A stretch of 62,358 bases of DNA, filler included, from Stramenopiles sp. TOSAG23-3 (GCA_900128585.1; 6 parts of 6 records of this genome joined end to end with filler, not necessarily neighbours in it); one strand, 5' to 3'. Counted from the whole stretch's first letter, positions 11,636-22,166 are shown. The notes: generated by a model not told the origin, from the sequence alone. Translations and numbers: made by a program.

Positions 11636-12847
11636 TTAACCAGAAAAAAGCCCTACGTCAACTTTGATACTTTGCAGGTCTGTAGGAAGACTTTCATCAT
11701 CGGTGTCATTTTTCTTCTTGAATTCCGGACCTCCAGAATGGTCAGTCTCATCATTTTCATCATCGCTAAGAGTTTTACCTTTAAATTTTTCAGTAGCAGC
11801 ATTATCATCATCCAAAAATAGTTCGGCATTCATATTGTATAGCTCCCGACCGCTGAGATACTTCTTCTTCGTTGAATCCCCCTTTTTATCATTTGCTTTG
11901 TTTCCTTTTGCAAAATCCAATCTTCGATTATTACGAATTGATAACCAGTTGAAAAACGAATCCTTTGTGACAGGAGTGCCACCAGACTTCATTTGTGATC
12001 GTTCTTCTTCAATCAACTCTTCAATGGGTATGCCCCCCTTCGCTCGGACTTCTTCCTTTTCTTTTTTCGCCTTCAAAATATGCTCGCTAAGAGTTTTAGT
12101 GGCCTTTGTAATGATTGTTTTACCAATAATTTCTTCAAGAAACACTGTCCGCGCCAAGCCTTTGTCAGATCGGACAATGGCGGTGACATGCTGGATATCT
12201 AGTACCTGACCTAACTTGAAATGGTTTCCCCAAGTTTTTGCATAGTCACTTTTGATAATGTACCAAAGAGGAAATTTAGTGCTCCCATCTGTCAGCTGCA
12301 CATAAAGAAAAGAGGACCCATCTTTTTGAGGAGTAACCATTGCGTCGCGTTTTATATATTGTGCAACAATTCGGCCAAACTCTCGCTTCGATTCACACTC
12401 CCTTGCCCTATCCAAATCTGTTATTGGTACAGCGAAGTCAATTGCCCGTTGGCGTGCGTTTTCTTCTTCCGCTGCCTTGATTGCTTCCGCCTTTTTCTTT
12501 TTTTCTTCCCTTTTTGCTTTCTTTGCATTTTGCATTGCCTTGGCTGCCTGCGGACCTAATAGTGCCATCAACTCTTTGTCACGTTTAGCTTTTGCTTTTT
12601 TTAGCCTGCGTTTTTCTGCGTCAGCTGCGCTTTGCGTCTGGCCTTGTTTTAGTAACCCCGCACGTTGCTTTTGAACGTTCACTTGCTGCTGAATAAATTT
12701 CTTAACCTTAGAACTTTTATTTTTGTTTTTCATTCCAAAGGTTTTGTCAACAACCATTTTTGTCACACCTTGTGCTGCTTTTGCCTTTTGCAGTTTTGAC
12801 ATTTTTTTCTTCTTTACCTTCCCCCCTCCCTGCTTTTTCGTTGGCAT
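11636..12847 (-). CDS. ZC3H15/Tma46 (DFRP1)-like translation machinery protein lacking CCCH fingers, with a central OB-fold-like domain
   Basis: N-terminal VVDKTFGMKNKNKSSKVKKFIQ. C-terminal DFRP-like IEELIEEER..GTPVTKDSFFNW..LSGRELY..LFLDDD. First ATG at 12847. Confidence 0.8.
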   Translation of the reverse strand: MPTKKQGGGKVKKKKMSKLQKAKAAQGVTKMVVDKTFGMKNKNKSSKVKKFIQQQVNVQKQRAGLLKQGQTQSAADAEKRRLKKAKAKRDKELMALLGPQAAKAMQNAKKAKREEKKKKAEAIKAAEEENARQRAIDFAVPITDLDRARECESKREFGRIVAQYIKRDAMVTPQKDGSSFLYVQLTDGSTKFPLWYIIKSDYAKTWGNHFKLGQVLDIQHVTAIVRSDKGLARTVFLEEIIGKTIITKATKTLSEHILKAKKEKEEVRAKGGIPIEELIEEERSQMKSGGTPVTKDSFFNWLSIRNNRRLDFAKGNKANDKKGDSTKKKYLSGRELYNMNAELFLDDDNAATEKFKGKTLSDDENDETDHSGGPEFKKKNDTDDESLPTDLQSIKVDVGLFSG

Positions 12848-13334
12848 GTTGTACGGGTGAAAACACAAAAGTATAACAGAAGCTTAACACGAATATTCTT
12901 GCACACTCTCCTTGGGGGAATCGAATGGGGTGTACGGTGTCCTTTGCGTGTATTTCAATTTCGGTTGCAAAACTACAGTAGCGGGGCGCGTCCAATTGCG
13001 TGGTCATATTCAAATTCCTCAACTCGCTTGAATCGAGTAATTATGTGTAATAAACCAAACAGTTTGGATAGAGTATAAGTCAATTTAAATCTGACAAGTT
13101 TAAAAAAAAAATTATTATTATTATTAATCCGATTTTGTGTGTATGTGTGAACTTTTTTTTAATTAAAAAACTAGCAGGGAGTTAGTGTTACGCAAAATAA
13201 CATTGAATAACAAATAAAAAAATGACGGAATTTTTTTTAATTTTAACCAAAAAAAGTTCTATTTTATTTTCACTCTACGCATTTATATTGGACATTGTTA
13301 GTCTACAAGTACAATATTTCAAGTTTTTGAACAC

Positions 13335-13529
13335 TATCGGCAACAAACCTTTGTACCCTTGCTCGGGGCATTATGAGATTACCGTGGCCCTGGTCAAGCG
13401 TATACAATATACGGTCGAAACCCTAGTCTCGTGCGTTTGCAATTCAACGTCGAATGCAATAGACCCCCGAAGATATAAATGTTTCCATCGCCGCCTGAGT
13501 TGTCGGGATAATTGGTGTAAGTGAACACC
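13335..13529 (+). ncRNA. Candidate structured RNA, family unknown
   Basis: GC-richer island with nested helices folded by eye; wobble pairs read G-U on the + strand. Confidence 0.25.
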
Positions 13530-13909
13530 ACCAAAGAAAAGAAAATACAGTATTGACTACTACTTCGTACACAAATATACGTGATAATAATTATATAAAG
13601 CTTATATAATAAAATAATATATAAAGAATCCCAACTGTCAAGTTGTGGATGATACCTTAGATACGTCGACTACCTTAAACGAACTATTAGAACGAGTCAA
13701 GACCTCTACTAATTGTGAAGCAATGAACAAGAAGAAGAGCGACGACGACGATAGAAGAATAAAGAGAGTCGATTGAACGAACCACACTTGTAGAACACAC
13801 ACTTCACTACGTTCAGAGCAATAAGTGGTGGAAAACAAGAGAACGAGTTCGTAGCTTGTATCAAGTAAAACTACCAGTGTACTACATTCTTTAATATATT
13901 ATTTTTTTT

Positions 13910-14244
13910 TATAGAAGCTGTAGAATATACATTAAAATATGATCTTTTGTTGAAAAAAAAAAAGAAGGTGATTTTTACGTTTCAATGCTAATATTATGTT
14001 AATAAGTTTTCTCATTATTACCTGTAAATCGGCCCAGCGGGCCGACGGCATCGTGAAAATATAGGGCAGAGCAGGTAAAAAATTGAAGCAAGTTCTAAAA
14101 TTTCCTCATTATTACCCTGTTTTTTCACGATGCCGTCGGCTCGCTGGGCCGATTTACAGGTAATAATGAGAAAACTATTAACATAAGATTAGCATTGAAA
14201 CGTTTTTTTTTTTAAAGATCATCTTTAATGTATTCTACTCTATA
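13910..14244. mobile_element. Long palindromic MITE/foldback-like element
   Basis: ~90-bp near-perfect arms 13977-14066 / 14115-14203 with a 48-nt spacer; more degenerate outer arms at ~13910-13963 / 14204-14244. Confidence 0.8.
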
Positions 14245-14765
14245 GTATTTTCATTTTGTTCTGAACGAATTATTGTTTATCCTACTACTAGTCGAGAACC
14301 CCTAATAAAACCTTGAGCGTCCAGTTCAAAATCTTACTGTTAAACTCTTCCTATTAAAATTAATTATATTACAACATTTGCCGAAAAGGAAGTTTCTCCC
14401 AAATTTTCGAAATGCGAACTAAAAAAAATGTAGATGATTTTTGATCCCGAACAACGTGGTATTTTTGTGAGTGCTTATTTTTCTTTTTGAATCGTGTAGT
14501 ACTGTTGTCGTCTAAAACTTCATCATCATTTTATTTATATTATTTTCATCGCTTTATATGTGAATATAGTAATAAATATAACCTGGTAAAATAATTAGAA
14601 AACTATAATTCAGCAATAGTAATGCAGAAACAAGCGATACACGGGAAAAGCTCGCGGGAATCTATGTTTTCTGTCGCACAAACTGAACACCTTTCTTACC
14701 AAGGTATGCCTCAATGAAAACTGTTTTACATTACTGAGTACACACTTATAAAACGCGATAGAATA

Positions 14766-17700
14766 ATGGATTGCTCGAGACCATTCAGCTATGTGGCATT
14801 GCAAACGATCGAAAAGTTGGGGTTGGTGGCTGAAATAAATGAACGCAACCTTCAAAAATGTTGCAATGTTCAAAATCTTCCTAAGATAGCGAAAAGAGAC
14901 GTAAAATTAGAGAAACGAAGAGGGGGACTTGAACTTCAGAACAAAGTTGACCCTGCGAAAATATTTGGCATTAAAAATAATGTATTGGACAGCATGAATA
15001 ATTTTGCTTTTCGCAAAAAAAAGCAAATGCCCTGTGAATTTAAGAGCATAGTTTCTCCATTGATGCATAAAAGCAGAGATGCAACATGCAGAAAGAGATG
15101 TTTAGACGTTGATCGCCGTATTAAAACATTCTACCCCAATGCTGGGCGTCTACCTCCGCCACTACCTTACTTTCTACAGAACCAAGTGGGAAATTTTCAG
15201 CCAGTTCTAAATTTATCTAATTGGGCTGTCGATGATGAAATATTCTATGAAATCTCACAGTATTCAAGTTTGAACAAGAAAATGATTTCTCTGGATTTGA
15301 GTAGGACCGAAATAACGTCTTTTGGACTTCAAACGCTGCACGTTTTGCAAAACTTAGAAGAACTTCAATTAAATTTCTGCAAAAGTCTGTGTTCTAAATC
15401 ATTGGAAGTGCTTGCAAAAGCTATCCTTGATGGTGGCCTTACCAATTTTAGATCTCTTGACATTGATAATTGCCTTATCGGCACAATATCAGAGAGAGGC
15501 CTGTTTTTATTTTGCTGTGCAGTGAATACAAACTTGACACATCTGAGTATGATCGATGCGGCATATCTGAATGAAAAAGCGTTGCTGGCTGTGACAAAAT
15601 TTTGTCTCAATTTGGTATCTCTAAATTTAAGTGGGGTTTCCGTTAGTGCTTATACAATGCGTTCGATCTTGACATGTTGCAGGCATTTAAAGGAGATCAA
15701 TTGTCGCGCGAGTTCTAACATAACCAGTCAAAGTTTTATCACAGAATCTGCATATAACGGGCTGGTTTTAATTATTCAAAATTCTCTTTCCTATGTCTCG
15801 TTGCATAAATGTATTAGTTTAAATAGTACTAGCATTGGTTACCTGTCTAGGGGGTCTGGTTTTCACCTTTTGTCTCTTGATATTTCAGATTGTTATGAGG
15901 TTGGGGACGGTGGTTTGCAGACAATCGGCGAAAATTGTTTTAATATTACCAGATTAAACATTTCCAACAATAGCAAAATTACAAACAAAGGAATTTTTGC
16001 TATCATTAGTCAACTGAAATTGTTAACGAATTTGCTAATGTCAAATCTTCGTAAAATAACAAATGGATCATTGCAATACATTGGGAGATCTAAAGTATTG
16101 CATAGGATGGAGGAATTAGACATTGGCAACAATAATAATTTGTGTGGCGACAGTCTTACTTTTTTAGCAAACCAAGCTAACAGCTTCCAAAATGCGATGA
16201 AAATTTTTCTTTTGAATGGATGTAAAACAATAACAAGAAAAGGTATTTTGTGTGCTCTAACCTACTTTTCCAATGTCCGTGTTCTTGATTGCAGAGATTG
16301 TCAAATAGATGATAAGACATTAGGTAAAATTGCAGCATTGTTATGCTCTACCCTGACTGCTTTAAAGGCTGGATACTCAAAGAATGTTCCATGTCACGGT
16401 GATGAAAATGGGCCAGGCAATAATGCTCTTTTTGTGTTAATAACAATATGCTCAAGATTAGAATCTTTAACTATTACCAATTGCCCTCAAATATCTTTGT
16501 CTTTTATGCAGGAAGATATTTCATTCCAAATTCCCAAAGTTCAGTCATCACTTGCATATTTAGATTTCAGTGGATGTGATGCGGTAAATATATTAAATCT
16601 AAAAAGATTTCTAAAATTGTTCCCAAACCTGAGGCATTTGAAAATTGATTATTGCAATATTGCAACCTCTTTTATGGGACCTATTTCAATTACAGAAAAT
16701 CGAAAGTATGTGCGGCAGGAAAAGCTTGTACTGGGATGGACGCCTGCTCCCCCTTCTTTTGAAGCGCAGGATGTTTATTTCTTTCATCTTCGAATGTTGC
16801 ACAGAGCTGCTACGAAAATTCAACGGAAATGGAATTTATATTTACATCTAAAATTACTGACAAAAACTACAATTCTTTTGCAAAAACACTATCGTGGCTC
16901 AAGGGCTAAATTGTTTTTCAGTAATTTGCGGAAGGAAAAGAAGAAATTATTGCAAAAGGCTAGTGCATTGAAAATTCAAAGATTTGCTCGATACTGTATA
17001 CACAGAAGAAATATTTTTAAATGCAAGAAGAAGAAAAATAAAATCAAAATGGCCGAAAAACTTATTTACAAAAAGTGGTCATGTAGAGTGCTAGAGAATT
17101 GTTTTGGGGTTTTAAGGACACTTTGGTACAACGGTAAAAGAATCAAATTATTTTTGTCGCGAATGCAAAAAGTCGCATTGAAGTCTGTCTGGAAAACCTG
17201 GATTAATCGTATTGGTGTTTTGAGAAATGGAATAGTGGCGTCTGTAATTCGTATTCAATGTTTCTGTAGATACATGATAGCTGTCCGAGAACTTGGCCTG
17301 AAGCGACTAGAGCATAAATGGAAGATGCGAAACTCTGCAACAGTAAAAATACAACAGTGGTGGAGGGGAGAATTGACAAGATATTTTATTTGGAAAAGTA
17401 GAATAGAAGCAACATGTTCTGGCGTCAATTGTAAAAAAAGAAGCCAGGTATCTACCTGGTTTAGCAACTGGTGCCTTGTCCAGACAATTAGGAGAAATCT
17501 TAACAAAAGAATAACTTCTGAATTAGCCATTAAAACAAACGAATGTCTAAGATGCGTTGACAAACTTGAGCAACTTCGACGTTGTGCAACATATCTCCCT
17601 GTTAGCGAGGGGACAAATAATTCTGGCATTTTCCCTCCTATACTACATTTAACGGAAAACCATTCTAGTTCTTCAGGTGTGGCTAAACATGACGGGGAAT

Positions 17701-17891
17701 TGCTATTGTGTCGAATTGAAGAACTATCCTCGTGTGTGCGGCTTCTAAAAGCGGAAACCATATGTCTTAACATGATGGCCAAAAGGACGAAGCGTCGGAG
17801 TTGCTTTACTTTGTCCTTTCAATCTTTCGTTGCAAGAAAATTATGCTTTTCTGTTATTAATTCAGTTTGTATACTTACAGTTAACAAGTAA
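14766..17891 (+). CDS. Cysteine-containing LRR (AMN1/FBXL-like) + IQ-motif protein; ends may be modified by splicing
   Basis: Repeats such as LDISDCYEVGDGGL and LNISNNSKITNKGI; IQ motifs IQRKW, LQKHYRG, IQRFAR, IQQWWRG. Confidence 0.8.
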   Translation: MDCSRPFSYVALQTIEKLGLVAEINERNLQKCCNVQNLPKIAKRDVKLEKRRGGLELQNKVDPAKIFGIKNNVLDSMNNFAFRKKKQMPCEFKSIVSPLMHKSRDATCRKRCLDVDRRIKTFYPNAGRLPPPLPYFLQNQVGNFQPVLNLSNWAVDDEIFYEISQYSSLNKKMISLDLSRTEITSFGLQTLHVLQNLEELQLNFCKSLCSKSLEVLAKAILDGGLTNFRSLDIDNCLIGTISERGLFLFCCAVNTNLTHLSMIDAAYLNEKALLAVTKFCLNLVSLNLSGVSVSAYTMRSILTCCRHLKEINCRASSNITSQSFITESAYNGLVLIIQNSLSYVSLHKCISLNSTSIGYLSRGSGFHLLSLDISDCYEVGDGGLQTIGENCFNITRLNISNNSKITNKGIFAIISQLKLLTNLLMSNLRKITNGSLQYIGRSKVLHRMEELDIGNNNNLCGDSLTFLANQANSFQNAMKIFLLNGCKTITRKGILCALTYFSNVRVLDCRDCQIDDKTLGKIAALLCSTLTALKAGYSKNVPCHGDENGPGNNALFVLITICSRLESLTITNCPQISLSFMQEDISFQIPKVQSSLAYLDFSGCDAVNILNLKRFLKLFPNLRHLKIDYCNIATSFMGPISITENRKYVRQEKLVLGWTPAPPSFEAQDVYFFHLRMLHRAATKIQRKWNLYLHLKLLTKTTILLQKHYRGSRAKLFFSNLRKEKKKLLQKASALKIQRFARYCIHRRNIFKCKKKKNKIKMAEKLIYKKWSCRVLENCFGVLRTLWYNGKRIKLFLSRMQKVALKSVWKTWINRIGVLRNGIVASVIRIQCFCRYMIAVRELGLKRLEHKWKMRNSATVKIQQWWRGELTRYFIWKSRIEATCSGVNCKKRSQVSTWFSNWCLVQTIRRNLNKRITSELAIKTNECLRCVDKLEQLRRCATYLPVSEGTNNSGIFPPILHLTENHSSSSGVAKHDGELLLCRIEELSSCVRLLKAETICLNMMAKRTKRRSCFTLSFQSFVARKLCFSVINSVCILTVNK

Positions 17892-18299
17892 GGCCATCTG
17901 CCAAAGAACCATTAGTCATCTGGTCATATGAGCAGTTCTTAGGAATTTTATTGTTTGCAGGTCATGGTATGTGACCAAATGTATTTGTTACATTCATGTT
18001 GCTGTTCTCGAGGATATCTTGTTGGAAACTTGTAAGAAAGCTGGACTGACCAAAAAAACTCAAATTGTGCCAACAGTCAACAGTATGTCTCTGAAATTTC
18101 ACCTTGCAATGCGAAAGTGGTACGAAGGTAACCTCCTCCGGGTCATTTGTTATATTAAGATTGGCAATTATCTATATATATATATTTTAATTTAAAAAAA
18201 CGGCGAATGCCACCATGGCCACCCTACGACAGCCTCTTTAGTGTCCCTCCCTATTCGCCTTTCAATCACGTTTAGTAAAGAACTGTTTCTACTGTATTA

Positions 18300-18664
18300 T
18301 ATCTCTTAGTAATAAATAAAAGCAACCTCGAAATCTTGTTTTTCTTCTTCTTACAATTATTGTAGAGTATTTTACAAGTACGTAAATAAGCATTTATTAG
18401 ATAGGAAAATCTGTTCGAGAGAAAAAAAGCTAAGTATTTTTTCGATTTTCTTATTTTGTATGCTATTACCTGTTTGTTTTGTTGAGATTTATATAGTCGT
18501 CTATATAAATTAAAAAAATTAATTAATATAAAAACGTGATAAATATATTACATAGGCAATTTGTACTTGTATTATCTCTTAAGGGTAAATAAAAGCAACC
18601 TCGAAATCTTGTTTTTCGTCTTACAATTGTAGTGTAGAGTAATTTACAAGTATGTAAATAAGCA
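18300..18664 (+). repeat. ~90-bp imperfect direct repeat (about 18300-18392 and 18573-18664)
   Basis: taaataaaagcaacctcgaaatcttgtttttc...tgtagagta.tttacaagta.gtaaataagca occurs twice. Confidence 0.75.
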
Positions 18665-18748
18665 GATATTGTTACGATATTCAGTAGTGGCTTAGTCGCC
18701 AACGTACTGATTTAAGGCTTGGTCACGTGGACCTAAGCAGCACAATAC

Positions 18749-18848
18749 NNNNNNNNNNNNNNNNNNNNNNNNNNNNNNNNNNNNNNNNNNNNTTAATTAA
18801 TTAANNNNNNNNNNNNNNNNNNNNNNNNNNNNNNNNNNNNNNNNNNNN
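18749..18848. other. Assembly gap with artificial TTAATTAATTAA linker (also 37556-37655, 56344-56443, 58350-58449, 60355-60454; plain N gap 42766-42848)
   Basis: Identical 100-nt N44-TTAATTAATTAA-N44 spacer with stops in all six frames. Confidence 0.97.
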
Positions 18849-19151
18849 TTCTGTGAATATAATAAAAAAGAAGGGCTGCTTGCTAGCATAAATCATACTT
18901 GACACAGCATCTGGTCCATTGCTCCAATTTTAGCTACCGTACTAAGTTGTGGCAGATCCATTAAAATAATAAATTATTCAAAAGGGGTAAAACTTACGCA
19001 TTATGTCTTCAGTCGTTGGTCCGTTCAACAAACTGAAAAATGGCACCCCTCCCAACGCAATTCTGTTGGAACAGATCGAGAACCGTAAACAATTATTCAA
19101 GAGAACCTCGATTGCACCCAATCGACGTTCACGTGTGGATGTTCACAGCCT

Positions 19152-22100
19152 TTACATGATCATTCCTCCTACTATACCAGGAGCACTGCACACGCCTAGT
19201 TCCCCAACCGTTAGTGGTTTCCCACTCCAGCACGCGACCTTGTCATCGTTCGTTTTGAGGTCAACGGCTACCTTGTCAAAGATCTTCTTCTTTTTCATTG
19301 CGGGTGGGGTGGCCACTGGGCCCACCGGGCCTTCCACCGTTACCTTATCACCTGGCTTCGACCCAGCTGGGGGGTCTACAAACTCAACTGCCCCGTCTTT
19401 TTTGGCGCACAGTACCATGCCGCACGACTTGAAGCCAGCCAGTTTTGCTGGTTTGAGATTGCACACCGTGAGTATCATACGATCCTGCATTTGTTCCAGG
19501 GAGTAGTGCTCACGAAGACCCGATGCGATTTGTCGGGGGGCATCTTCACCTACGTCGATTTCTTCGCAAAATAGTTTGTCGCTGTCTGGGTGATTCCACA
19601 CTTTCACAATTTTTCCTACGCGAATGTCGACTTTCGAAAAAAGCGTGCCTTCGACGGCACTTTCGGCAGACCCTTTCCCACCCTTTTGCTTGCCGCCCTT
19701 GCCCTTGCCCTCATTGCCCTTCTTGGCTGTTCCCCATTTGGGCTTGGGTGCTGGGGGTGTCCAGCGCTTGGAATCGATTTCCTCTTGCATCATGGCGATG
19801 ACATCATCGATTTTGGTCCCCCGTTTTTCTTCCTCTTCGTCTCGTTTACGGAAGGACAGCGTGTCGTTCTTCATTTCGTCTTGTCCGACGACCATGATGT
19901 AATTGTACTGGGCGACTTGTGCCGAGCGAATCATCTTCTTGAGAGTGTTCCCCGACACATCAATATCAGCGAACAGCCCTTTGTTTTTTAATCGTTGTTG
20001 CACAGAAGCTGCAAAATCGTTTAAAGATTCGTGGACGGGAATCACAATGGCTTGCCTGGGAGACAACCACAACGGCCATTTCCCGCCAAAGTGTTCGGTC
20101 AAGATGGCAAACATGCGCTCGACCGAGCCAAGCATGGCACGGTGCACCATTACGGGTCGCTCGTAGCCAGAGTCTGGCTCCGCTCGGTTGTTTGGCATAT
20201 CTTTGTAGATACGGGTTTTCTTCTGGTCGGCCTTGTCCTTCGCTGCATCTCCATCCGCTTTGGCAGAAGTATCTTTGGCATCACTGCTGCGGTATTGAAG
20301 GTTGAAGCGGATGGGCAATTGGAAGTCTAGCTGCACGGTGGCGCATTGGTGGATGCGGTCCATACAGTCGTAAACTTTGATGTCAATTTTTGGTCCATAG
20401 AAAGCGCCATCGCCTGGGTTGTCGCGCCACTGGCCTGGGCCGGCAAACTTGTCAAGGGCAGCGGCAAGGGCGGCTTCTGCGTCGTCCCAGCGCTTGCGCC
20501 CGGCCTCCGTGTCCGCGCCAACGGCCTTCTTGGGCCGCGTGGACCGTTCTAGCTTGAACCTCATGTTAAATATGCCGTACACGGCCTTCATGAAGTCCAA
20601 CGCGCCGACCACTTCATCCATCACCTGGTCCGGGCGACAGAAAATGTGCGCATCATCTTGCTGGAACCGTCGAACGCGTGTTAGGCCCGACAGAGCCCCA
20701 CTCAGTTCGTTTCGGTGCAAGACGCCAAAATCTGCTACACGGAGGGGAAGCTCACGGTAAGAGCGGGCCCGGTGACGAAACATCAAACAATGCCCAGGGC
20801 AGTTCATGGGCTTCATGGCAAACTCGTCGTTGTCCGAAGTCTGGAACAGGAACATGTCGTCACGGTAGTGCTCGTAGTGCCCACTAATTTTCCACAAATC
20901 GGTGCTGAAAATATTTGGCGTTACAACCTCTTGGTAGGAGCGTTTCCAATATTCTGCCTTGATGAAATCGATGAGCTTGTTGTACACCCGCGCACCATGG
21001 GGCATGAAGAAACAACTACCAGGACTCAGATCATGGAAGAAAAAAAGCTCTTGGCTCGTTCCCAAGCGTCGGTGGTCGTTCTGCTTTCTCAACTCCATGT
21101 CCGCCGCCCATTTTTTCAGGCGCTTGTTGTCGGGGAATGAGACTGCGTACAGGCGCTGCAGCGAGTCGGCGTCCGAGTCCCCCATCCAGTACGTAGCCGA
21201 ATGCTTATGCACTTTCATGGCTTTGATCATGCTGGTGTTCGGGATGTGGGGGCCAAGGCACAAATCGACGAACGTGCCGTTGCGGTACACGGTGGTGCGT
21301 GTTCCCTCGGGGACTTTGGTGCGGATAATTTCCCGCTTGAATGCGTTGTGGCCAAACATCTCCATCGCCTCTTCTTTGGTCACGACTAGGCGTTGAAACT
21401 GCTGCTTTTCCGACACAATCTTCTTGATAGCTTTATCAAGGGCTGGGTACCACTTATCCTCGGTGCAGACATCGTCGCCAACGTAGGTGTCGTAGTAGAA
21501 GCCGCCTTTGATGGGAGGGCCGATGGTCAGGTGGCCACCGAATGTGCGCTCAATGCCCTGGCCCAGAACGTGGGCACTACTGTGCCAAAATACCATTTTC
21601 CCAAGTTCATCGTCAAACGTGAGCAGTCTCAGGGTACAGTCGCCTTCCAATGGGCGGGTCAAGTCGTACAGCTCCCCCTTCACTTCCTGGTCGCCCAGCA
21701 TTTCGTCCATATCGTCGTCCATCTCTACTTTGCAGATAACCTCAGTGGCGTATCTTTCGCCAGTGTACGCTACCTCGGCGACGGTGCACTTCTTTGCCAG
21801 ACTGTTTGAGATGGCCTTTGCAATGTCCATCGGGGTGGTTTCCCATGAGATACCCTCTTTCACGCCACCATCGGGCATCGTAATTTTGATTGGGTTCTTT
21901 GGCTTTGCGGCAAGGCGCGCTTGGTACGCTTCGTTGACTTTGTCATAAACGGCAGCGCGCTCTGCCAAGAAGGCAGGGTCGGCCGTCGTCGTGAACGCGC
22001 CGCCAATTTTACCGGTAGCTGTCATGGTATGCTCTTTCCCCGCGAACAGACGGTCTTGGTCCCGACGCGCAGCGGGTTTATTGCTGTCTGCTGTCGTAGC

Positions 22101-22166
22101 CCCCTGAACCTTCAAGGAAGCAAGCTCTGCCTCCAGCTCTTTAATTCGTTCTGCAATGGCCGCCAT
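19152..22166 (-). CDS. TARS: Cytosolic-type threonyl-tRNA synthetase with C-terminal EMAPII/Arc1p-like tRNA-binding domain
   Basis: TGS domain, editing motifs WHSSAH and DLCLGPH, MKPMNCPGH, LTRVRRFQQDDAHIFC, GAFYGPKID, HRAMLGSVER, anticodon-binding domain, then DIRVGKI..HPDSDKL..RQIASGL..CNLKPAKLAGFKSCGMVLCA. First ATG at 22166. Confidence 0.97.
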   Translation of the reverse strand: MAAIAERIKELEAELASLKVQGATTADSNKPAARRDQDRLFAGKEHTMTATGKIGGAFTTTADPAFLAERAAVYDKVNEAYQARLAAKPKNPIKITMPDGGVKEGISWETTPMDIAKAISNSLAKKCTVAEVAYTGERYATEVICKVEMDDDMDEMLGDQEVKGELYDLTRPLEGDCTLRLLTFDDELGKMVFWHSSAHVLGQGIERTFGGHLTIGPPIKGGFYYDTYVGDDVCTEDKWYPALDKAIKKIVSEKQQFQRLVVTKEEAMEMFGHNAFKREIIRTKVPEGTRTTVYRNGTFVDLCLGPHIPNTSMIKAMKVHKHSATYWMGDSDADSLQRLYAVSFPDNKRLKKWAADMELRKQNDHRRLGTSQELFFFHDLSPGSCFFMPHGARVYNKLIDFIKAEYWKRSYQEVVTPNIFSTDLWKISGHYEHYRDDMFLFQTSDNDEFAMKPMNCPGHCLMFRHRARSYRELPLRVADFGVLHRNELSGALSGLTRVRRFQQDDAHIFCRPDQVMDEVVGALDFMKAVYGIFNMRFKLERSTRPKKAVGADTEAGRKRWDDAEAALAAALDKFAGPGQWRDNPGDGAFYGPKIDIKVYDCMDRIHQCATVQLDFQLPIRFNLQYRSSDAKDTSAKADGDAAKDKADQKKTRIYKDMPNNRAEPDSGYERPVMVHRAMLGSVERMFAILTEHFGGKWPLWLSPRQAIVIPVHESLNDFAASVQQRLKNKGLFADIDVSGNTLKKMIRSAQVAQYNYIMVVGQDEMKNDTLSFRKRDEEEEKRGTKIDDVIAMMQEEIDSKRWTPPAPKPKWGTAKKGNEGKGKGGKQKGGKGSAESAVEGTLFSKVDIRVGKIVKVWNHPDSDKLFCEEIDVGEDAPRQIASGLREHYSLEQMQDRMILTVCNLKPAKLAGFKSCGMVLCAKKDGAVEFVDPPAGSKPGDKVTVEGPVGPVATPPAMKKKKIFDKVAVDLKTNDDKVACWSGKPLTVGELGVCSAPGIVGGMIM

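Noticed and set aside
14622-14761. Upstream exon and GTATG..TAG intron for the LRR-IQ gene
   Set aside because: The obvious splice gives an immediate stop and is out of frame with 14766.
18793-18804. Recurrent TTAATTAATTAA palindrome inside N-runs
   Set aside because: Artificial six-frame-stop scaffolding linker, not biological.
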